Below are positions 54,690 to 64,000 of a stretch of 64,000 nucleotides of DNA, in pieces. How positions within the stretch are numbered: position 1 is the stretch's first letter; every line of letters starts with the position of its first letter. The notes under the pieces were generated by a model. It worked only from the letters and a program-made list of their open reading frames with translations, was not told the origin of the DNA and made no database searches. The stretch covers positions 120,528,001-120,592,000 of the forward strand of contig OZ024743.1 in NCBI GenBank assembly GCA_964016885.1, read 5' to 3'. Source of the DNA: Eledone cirrhosa (taxonomy: Eukaryota). Position numbers and translations under genes: made by a program.

Positions 54690-56340
54690 GTATGGTAACT
54701 GGTAACCCACCACTACCTCTTGCATGGTCGGGTGGTCGGTGACTAAACCGGCAACCCCCATCGACATAGCTTAGTGAGGAAGGTAATTTTGGGGGGATAT
54801 TTTGTGACCAGTCAAAGGATGGAGGAATTCATAAGAGTCAGCGCATAGAAGATGGAAACTTTGGTAGAAAACCTGAAGATGAATCAGTTGCTAATCGACC
54901 GAACATATGTTGTGCAATCGGCTTTTTCTGAAAGGTGGGTGTGGTTCTGTGCAAGCCACGTCCACAATGATCAAATTCACGCACAGGAACCTTTTTGAGT
55001 CTGATCGGATAACAAACAACGACTCTTTCAAAAGGCCTGCAGTGATATGGAGAGCTGCGATTTATGTAGGCCTAACACGCTGGAAGTATGTAGTAGCAAA
55101 CCCATGCGTAAGCAATTTGGGATAATGGTCGAACATCTCCAAACTCGGCAGCATCGGAAGTGATTGAAGCAGATCGTTCCAAGGAAAGCATTGCTCACCT
55201 GTTTGCCAGAAGTGGCCCAAAAAGGTTGTCTAAACAAAGCTTGCCTATATCTCAGCTGATCAGCAACTCGTGGCTGGCGGCTGTTCACATATGCGGGGAA
55301 ATACTTGTAATGAAAAGGAAATGTTTAATAAGGCAAACAACGTACAGATTACATCTTCAATAACATCTTTGAAAATTGAGCCATGCTATTGGATTTACCA
55401 GGTTCAAATCATCTTGAACATGATCTGTTCTTATCTGTAAAAGGTATCATTGGTATCAAGTGGGCTTTGTCACTCTCTCTGAAACACGACTATCTGAGAA
55501 TAGCCAGCTAGAGGAACCCGACCGGATGTTATCTCTGATCGGATTATGACACTTAGGTTGTCACTCCACTTAAACTGTTTTACGACTTTGGTGAATGGGT
55601 ACACTCAAATTCCTGTAAGTCCCCGAAAAGATATAGATAACTTTTACGGTGATTTGAGAATAGTCTTGAAAAATATAAATAGCGATGACAAACTACTAGT
55701 GTTGGGGGATTTGAATGTTCGCGTTGGACGTTACTATACTATATAGAGCAGCATATGTCATCATAGAATGAGAAAGTGTAATAGCAATGGACTTCTCCTA
55801 TCGCAGGTGTGCTAGAAATTTGATCTTGTCGTAGGAAAAACATGGTTCAGACAGAAGAACAAGTACAAGGGGATCTGAATGCATCCACTTTCACGTCATT
55901 AGCATATCCTTGATTAATTGATTGTAAGACGTAATGATTTGCGAGATGTCAGATCTTCTCGGAAGCGCGTGATATGTTTGGGTTGAACATCAACCGAAAA
56001 AAGACAGCGGTGATGTACTAACATGCACCCCAAAATCCATATATTCCACCATCCATATCAATCAAACGGAAAATATTGAATATTGTGGATAGGTTCATCT
56101 ACTCGGGTAGTACTCTCTCCAGAACCAGCACCAGGAATTTGAAAAAGAATAGCGAACCTAGGCTAAATATATCGGAGATACTGGTCCGCTTCAGAACGGG
56201 TTTAGAAAGAGACTCTTACCTGTGAGGAATGCGGACGTGTATGCATGTTATGACAGAGGCTGGGCTACTAAACCATAGTAGACGTCACGTCATACATATC
56301 GAAATAAGACCTTTGAGTACACCATAAACCTATTTTTGCA
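54690..56340 (+). mobile_element. Internally deleted, degraded RTE (BovB-like) LINE
   Basis: 5' head motif; 'LSETRL', 'DNFYGDL...KLLVLGDLNVRVG', 'NSNGLLL', 'FGLNINRKKTAVM', 'CEECGRVC'; many stops. Confidence 0.75.
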
Positions 56341-56349
56341 GTAGCATCT

Positions 56350-56735
56350 GTACCAAAGGGCGGAGGAACCCAGCAGAGTCAACGGCCATCCAAATAGCAG
56401 TTATTTTTTTTTTTTTAAACCTGGGAGTGATAGGCCATCAGTAGTTGTCACAACACCTTTCTAGGAGAGGGAAACTCCGAGAAAAAAACCCTGCGGCTTC
56501 GGAAGCATCCGATGATGTTGACCAGTTCTCCTTTTCGGGTAGTGTTTTCGATGCTCAGAGAGTGGGATTGATCGAGAGCAAGGCCTTTCCCCACTTAAAA
56601 AACCTTCAAAGCACAGACATTGCTTGTTCAGGATATGTTACAGGTTCGTGTGGCTGGCGGTAGTCCAAAAGTGCACCAAACTCTGTAATCTGACAAGTGA
56701 TTGCAATACTCTTAACAGAGTTTGCAGCCATCATG
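56350..56735 (+). mobile_element. Non-autonomous RTE-related element (3' part)
   Basis: Inverted homolog of 27722-28090; ends in gcagccatc(atgt)n. Confidence 0.7.
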
Positions 56736-57242
56736 TATGTATGTGTTGCTTAAAATATCTCCGACCGAACCCCTTGAACTGAAACTTAATAAAAAGGAGA
56801 AAGAAAGGTATTTTCCCATATATATATCATTACAAAGAAAAGACATTCGCAAACATTAATGAAGAAAGAACTCGTTCTGGAAAACACATTCCCTTACAAA
56901 TAGATATATGAAAGCATACACGTAGAACAAGGCAGGCACATATATATAAAACACACTCACACACACACACACACTCACACACCACAACTTACACACATAT
57001 ACATATATATACGCGCACACACAAACACACACTTCACATATGTCTAATTTCAATGGACGTGAGTATGAGAGAGTGAGAAAGGTATGAAGAGATACTGATA
57101 GAGTGTGAAAAAAGAATAACTAAACTAGACGAAAGAAGAGTTAAAATAAACAACTGAAAGAGTGAGAATTAAAAATTATGTGAAACATCAAAGGGGAACA
57201 GGGAAGACAATGCTCAACTGTTGTATATTTCCAGACATATAT

Positions 57243-57343
<101 letters not shown>

Positions 57344-58216
57344 CGCGTGCGTGCGTATGTCCGTGTATTCATATTTACATATACATACATATGATGGCTG
57401 CCTCCTCGTTATCGAGTATGGCCATTGCACTATATACCATTATTAATAATTATCAATTAATTCTATCGTGCAATGCCTGTGCGTGAAGATATTTTTTAAA
57501 GTGAAGACTGTGCACTGAGCCAATCCCACTCTCTGAGTACCAGTAGCTATAATCCGAAAAGAAGAAAAGATCAACATCATCGGTAACTACTGAGCTGCAG
57601 GTTTTATATCGGAATTATCCCAGTTTCCTGAGTTGCCTTCTCCTAGAAGAATTCCCTGACAAAGGCTAGGGGTCCTTCACTCCCAGTGGTTTAACCGCGC
57701 GATCGGGTGTCCAGCCCGACTATTTCTATGTCCCCATACATATACATACATTCATACATACATGATGATGATGATAGCTGCAACACAATTTGGAGTAATG
57801 GCATAGCTTGATACTTAAGCATGAGCATCACGGACATTGCATTTTAATCCTGCTAGGGACTTGCCTATGGCCAGCAATACCGTGCATCACAAACAATGTC
57901 ACATATCAAGCGATGCCTGTGTTTGAAGCTTTTTTTATGTAAGGAAAGGCTCTGCAAGGGGCCAGTTCCACTCTCTGAATATCGAATGCATTTTTCCCCA
58001 AAAGAAGACATGCGTACATACATACATACATAGATACATACACGTGCGCTCGCACACACACACACACACCCAGGCACAGACGCACACACGCACACACGCA
58101 CACACGCACACACACACACACAGAATTATATATATATATATCGGACCTTCCGTTACAATTTTGGGATTGGTGGTGGGCTTAAGCATATCTACTCTACAAG
58201 TGTTTTATTATTATTA

Positions 58217-58810
58217 GTGGACGCCATGCTTTGACGCAAAGAATTACGACCCTTTCCATTCTGGGTTCAAATCCCGCCGAGGTTAACTTTGCCTTTCATC
58301 CTTACGGAGTCGATAAAATAAAGTACCAGTAATGCACTGGGATAATTGCTGACCTTGTGACAAAAATAGAAACAATTATTACATTTACACAAAGAAACAT
58401 GGGACGAAATAGAAAATAACTAAAATACATTACTCGACGAAGGTATGTAAGGCTAAATAACTCCTAAATAACTCCTGTGGGAGTCGTAGGTGTGCTGCAT
58501 TGTGACACGGCGTATCTAGGGCATTTTTTAAAAACCTGGTGGCACCCATCTGCTCTCGAGGTCTGAATACAGCAGATTTCTTCCTGAGAAGGATAGGGTG
58601 AGAGAGTGAATGGAAGTAGGGAAGATATATCAAAGAAGAATCGCCCTCAGTACTAGACTGGTATTTTTTTATCGACTTCGAATGGATGAAAGGTAATAAT
58701 AACCTCGGCGGGATTTGAACCCAGAGAGCAAAGAGCCAAAATGAATACCGCAAATGATTCTATTCGACGTTGTAATTGCTGGCCTTGTGCCAAAAGTAGA
58801 AACAATTATT
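58217..58810. mobile_element. SINE fragments (58217-58380 +, ~58645-58760 -, 58771-58810 +)
   Basis: B-box GGGTTCAAATCC and the SINE core and tail motifs. Confidence 0.75.
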
Positions 58811-59244
58811 AGCTCACACTTTTTATCACTAATACTAGACTAAGAAAGAAGTTAAATACATGATCATATTAACATATTTAGAGTCAATCGAAAATCAGTG
58901 TTGTAAACATCAACACTCAAGTATATTGAAACAAATTATTGGAGGGGCTTAAACCCCAAAAGCCTCTTAGCGCCGGAAGGCTTGTAAATATGTACAAGTT
59001 TATATATATATATTCATGTATACCATCATGTGTGGTTTCGTAGATATGATACATAATCAAACATTCTCACTCGTGCACGACCCCCATTTATACATGTATA
59101 TTTATATCTTTATAGCTATCTATCTGTTTCTATGTATGTATATGTGCATGTATACACACACATATATATTGACACATATACATTTCATGTATTTAAACAA
59201 AACCCTTTCAATTTAGTCATTGTCGATTTTCCTTTCATTTAGTT

Positions 59245-59830
59245 TTACTATGGGGCTCTTCTTAAATGCCAACGATACCAAATACATAACCATCGACTCA
59301 AAGCAAGGAACAAACATCAAATCGTTAAAGAATACTGTTCTCAAAAAAGTAGATGATTTTAAATTCTTTGGCGCATATGGAAACTCGTTAAATGATGTTA
59401 AAAACAAGATAGTAGAACCATAGGCTGCTGTGAACTCTACCAAAAGTTAGATTATTCAAAATACAGTAGAATCATTCTTACTGTATTCCTGTGAATGATG
59501 GTCAGTGACAATACCTATCGCCAAAGCGTTTGATGGTTGCTACATCTGAATGCTAAGAAGGATAACACACATCAATCTTCTCGACCGTATTACAAACAAA
59601 ATTCTCTACGGTAACATCCTGCTAAGTAATCATACCATCCGTATCAGGTGTCTCCAACTTGCAGGTCATGCCATAAGAGCCAACGGACCTGCTATAACAC
59701 CTTTAATATGGGAGCCTGAAGACCTCTCAAGACATTAAAAAGTGTCATTGAAGATACAGAATAGTTCGATAAAGAACTAAAGCAATTAATGTTGGATCGT
59801 GTTGGGTGGAAAAGTTTTTGTCATGTCACC
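59245..59830 (+). mobile_element. Degraded RTE/RTEX-type LINE C-terminal fragment
   Basis: 'GLFLNANDTKYI...LKKVDDFKFFGAY' and 'MLRRITHI...LYGNI...IRIRCLQLAGHAIR' are typical post-RT motifs. Confidence 0.65.
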
Positions 59831-60110
59831 TCAAAGCAGTGTATGATTTTAATAGTAGTTTCACACACATAAAGTCAGTAGATCAAACACACATTAACAA
59901 TAATAATCAAGCAGATACTTTACTGGATTAAGTTATTCAACTGATCTGTGGTCATGCTGATGGTCGTTTGCAAGAGTTATATTGATCATATCGATCATAT
60001 TACTTAAATTATTGATCTCTATTTCCCAAGCCTCTATGTTAAATCTAAAGAAAAACATGCAGTCATTGACATGCATACATGTAAACAAAGACAGGCAGAT
60101 ACACGCACGC

Positions 60111-60194
<84 letters not shown>

Positions 60195-60650
60195 ACACAC
60201 ACACACATACAGACACACACACACAAAGACACACACACACACATACAGACACACACACAAAAAGACACACACACATACACACACATATGTAATAAAAAAA
60301 GCCGATAAGTTTCAAAAAGCTAGTGCAATAGGGTAGAAAAATATAAAGGACATATGCTGACAAATAAAACAAAACAAAGTAATGTTTTACCCACTATATA
60401 GTATATACACACGCGTGACAAGCTTTCGCATAGTCTCCATAATCTAAATTTCGCTTACAAGGTATTGCTCAACCCGAACAATGGTTTGCTAATGTCCTTC
60501 AGTAGAAGGATATTAGCAAACCTAAAGCTACGTGACTTCTAAGCACCATTATTAACCACACAATCACGTTTGAAACTTTATTAAATGATATATATTTATT
60601 GTATAAATTATATAAGCATTAATATATTAGTATATATATATATATTAATG

Positions 60651-60685
<35 letters not shown>

Positions 60686-60687
<2 letters not shown>

Positions 60688-60888
60688 CGAAGGAAGTGTG
60701 GTAAGGAACCAGGTTGACCATAACGCACCAGAGTACTCGATACTTAGAGTAGTAGAGTGGGTAATAGGAAAAGAGTCATGACCCCGACAGCTGAGATCCG
60801 GCCGTTTCGACAGCTTCAGATCTTCTGCGTTAAAATCTAGATGTCGAAACGGTCGGAGCTGAGCCGTGGGGGGATCTGGGTCTTTTCC

Positions 60889-60890
<2 letters not shown>
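60686..60890 (-). mobile_element. Family A-related palindromic mini-element (diverged subfamily)
   Basis: Tail 60686-60765 plus imperfect inverted arms containing GAAACGGC...GCTGTC-ggggtc. Confidence 0.75.
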
Positions 60891-60973
<83 letters not shown>

Positions 60974-61440
60974 TCTTTTCAAGTTTCTGCGGAAAGCTGC
61001 TTTTTGTTATCATTTCTTAATTTTCGTCCTGTCCTCTCCATTTTGGAACAAATAAATTATTTTTGAATTATTGGCCCGTTTCTTGGAATGTAAATTCTAC
61101 GTTTTATGCATAAGTGATTGCGATTCGCAAGAAAAAGATTAGTATTTAGATTAGGGTTAGAGCTTAGGGTTAGAGTTGAAAAGAAAACAATTACAGAACT
61201 AAAATACATTCTCTAGTAATGGAAATTGTATTCACAGTACGTTCTTTCCATTTAATTGGCAGCATATATAGAGAAACGGAAATCAGCACGTCCGTATTCT
61301 TGCGACAGCATATATAAAACATGATTAGCATAACCTCCAACAAAATATATATAAATGCCCACCAACTGAGTGGTTTAATTCCCGATTAATGTCGGTTATA
61401 TTTCTGTTATTAACAAATTCTTGTCTAATATATACATATT

Positions 61441-61461
61441 TCTTTTTAATTACAGGTAAGT
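61441..61461 (+). promoter_or_regulatory. Candidate recursive splice site (3'SS abutting 5'SS)
   Basis: tctttttaattaCAG|GTAAGT; a second donor-like aa|gtaaga at 61502. Confidence 0.3.
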
Positions 61462-61623
61462 CAAAGGTCTTTGTGTGACTCAACCAGTATGCTACTTCCA
61501 AGTAAGACTTTATTTAATATTGTGTTTCGGAACACGTATTGCTTTTCTTCATTAAATCATATTATATAGCTTAATAATTGTTTCTACTTTTGGCACATAA
61601 TTCTAATTAACACAATTTATTGT

Positions 61624-61772
61624 ATAAAATGCGGTCATCGACTTAGCAACGCAGAATATCAATACAAAAATTAATTTAGAGGCATTTTCTCGTATATATA
61701 TAAACATTAATGCTTCTGAATTAATGTCTGTATTGTTACTCAGGGTTGCTAAGTCGATGGCTACATTTTATA
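61624..61772. mobile_element. Degenerate fold-back MITE
   Basis: Arms tataaaatgcggtcatcgacttagcaac and gttgctaagtcgatggctacattttata. Confidence 0.6.
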
Positions 61773-61895
61773 TAAGAAAGTGTATTAATGAGAATTATTA
61801 TTAAACAATGTAATATGGTTAATGAAGAAAAGAAATACGTATATATATATATATATAGTTATATATATGTATATATATATATATATATATACACA

Positions 61896-61939
<44 letters not shown>

Positions 61940-61940
61940 G

Positions 61941-62004
<64 letters not shown>

Positions 62005-62171
62005 TATATATATATATATATATAAATATATATATACAAGCTGAATTGACGAAGTCGTTCAAACGTTGGATATTCGAGTTTCTTCTGCCATCTGAGTTAA
62101 ATACTGGTCAACTTTGCATTTCATTTATTCGGAAAAAATACCAGTCAAATACTGGTACTTTTTCGTCATAT

Positions 62172-62240
<69 letters not shown>

Positions 62241-64000
62241 TTCCAATCTCTCACTCTCTATTATATTCTGGAAGAAATCTACTGTATTCAGACCTTAAAA
62301 ATGCCCTAGAAATGCCGTATGTTATCATCTACAATGTATCAAAACCACCATTTCAACATTTCAACATTTTTCTTCTTTGCTGTATTTCTATGATGCTCTA
62401 AATTTGTTGACTTTACCCCACTTCTATCCAATTAATTAACACACCATTCTAACTTCTCTCGTAATCCTCTTGTTTTCCTTTATGCGCTTCAAAACCAACA
62501 TTTTCCCTGCACTGCCTTCCCGGAACTTCAACCTGAACATACGTGAGGCCTGTGTTTATCTCCATCCATCCAAAACTGCTCCGTGCACAAGTTCAGGTTA
62601 ATTATCAACCGCATTCGTAGTTACTAGACCTTGTATCTATTGATATTGATTTCTAATTTTGGCAGAAGTTCAAACACACTGAAAGGGTAGTCGAGTAAAT
62701 CAACCCAGTACTAGAGTGGTACTATATTTCATCAACGCCTGAGCGATGAAAGATAAAGTGGATCTCGGTAGTATTTGTGGTAGGATTTCGAGTGGGCTGT
62801 GATAAGCAGTAATGGGAAACCGTAGGATAAATGATTTGCAGCATTCAGTTATGTCTTAAGCTTTTCAATTCAAATCCTGCAAGGTAGACTTTGTCTTTCA
62901 ACATAGATAGAAATAAGAATTACAGTCAGTTTAATCGATTATGCCCACCTTTCTTGTGCCATTGAGACCCTATTGGGATATTTGTTCTGGTTCTTTTCAC
63001 TCTGGGTTCAAATTCTGTCAAGATCAAGTTTGCTTTTCATACTTTTGTGGTCGATAACTAATTTACCAGCCCAGAATCCCGCTTTCCCCCAGCTTTCATA
63101 TATTGGCTGTTCGATTGGGTGAAGAATGTATCGGTCAAGAATGCATCTTCGTCTACTCTCGACTGTTTGAGTACCTGAAGCCATAAGTAAAAGCATGCTA
63201 CATGCTGATTCCAAGCTGTGCTTGTTTGCGAGCGATAGTCGTAGTTAGTTAAGATCTTTTCCTCTTTCACAAGATTTATAAACGCAAAGGAGCATTGATT
63301 TCTCTTAATCAGTAAGATCATATTCAATGTTTTCAAAGTATTTACCATTTGTGCCCCTAACAATATCCCTTTACTATAGCCTTTTTGCACAATCACCGCT
63401 TCTGCACATTTTGATTTGTACTGCTCAAAAAGAAAAAAATATAACCACAAGTCCAGTCAACATTACCATCACGATAATTATCTGTACAGAAATCGGGTGG
63501 GTGCAAGCTTTCCTGGATGGAGCGGAAAGTGACTTATGTAGATCGATTGGGTTTGGGATATGGAGAACAAAGCTCACATCGACTAGTCATGGCCTACTTT
63601 GCCTTAACATATCAATTCCATTGGGTATTATAGCCATTGTGGTTAATTGCATCCAAAATTGTGAGAAAGGCATTATTTGCTTTAGCCTCTATCATATTGT
63701 AGCATTTCTTCTACTATGTTTTTAACAGAAGTTACAGGTGATAATAGCCGTAATAACAGGAGTATAAAAACATATATATTTTGTTTCCTGTTGCCCACAC
63801 ACACCCTGAAGTAGAATTCTTACAATTAAAAGTTTATTAAACAAACTGCCCGTTCCTCAAATAACAATAATATATTTGCGAATGCTTAGAGAGATATTCT
63901 AACTCTTGGTAGTATTCTGAGCATGAAATACGACTTGTCAGATGGCCTGATTCCTCTTTGGTTAATGGCGATAGCCAGAATGATTGTATGGGTGAAAGAA

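Noticed and set aside
61150-61175. TTAGGG-like repeats
   Set aside because: Only two perfect units, too short to call an interstitial telomere.

Overview
This is AT-rich, microsatellite-saturated eukaryotic non-coding DNA. The repeat content (tRNA-derived SINE, RTE, Penelope-like elements, very long (TA)n/(CA)n tracts) suggests an invertebrate, plausibly an octopus or other cephalopod; this is inference only. No intact host gene is visible, and nearly all listed ORFs are microsatellite artefacts. The real coding remnants are all mobile elements: a ~3.2 kb Penelope-like element (PLE, Naiad-type RT + GIY-YIG, 6836-10068, minus), a second PLE fragment, and R4/Dong-like, L1/Tx1-like, RTE-type, Tc1/mariner and Helitron remnants, plus many SINE copies. 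The most striking signal is a dense set of type I hammerhead ribozyme (HHR) motifs from several unrelated families, mostly sitting in (TA)n tracts. They include (i) a U3-A8 core-variant HHR in the PLE 3' UTR, (ii) 200-bp 'inverted arm + arm + tail' mini-elements, and (iii) two ORF-less partial-tandem elements whose repeat starts 13-15 nt after the predicted self-cleavage site, as expected of retrozymes or circular RNAs. All folds were read by eye and none is experimentally validated.
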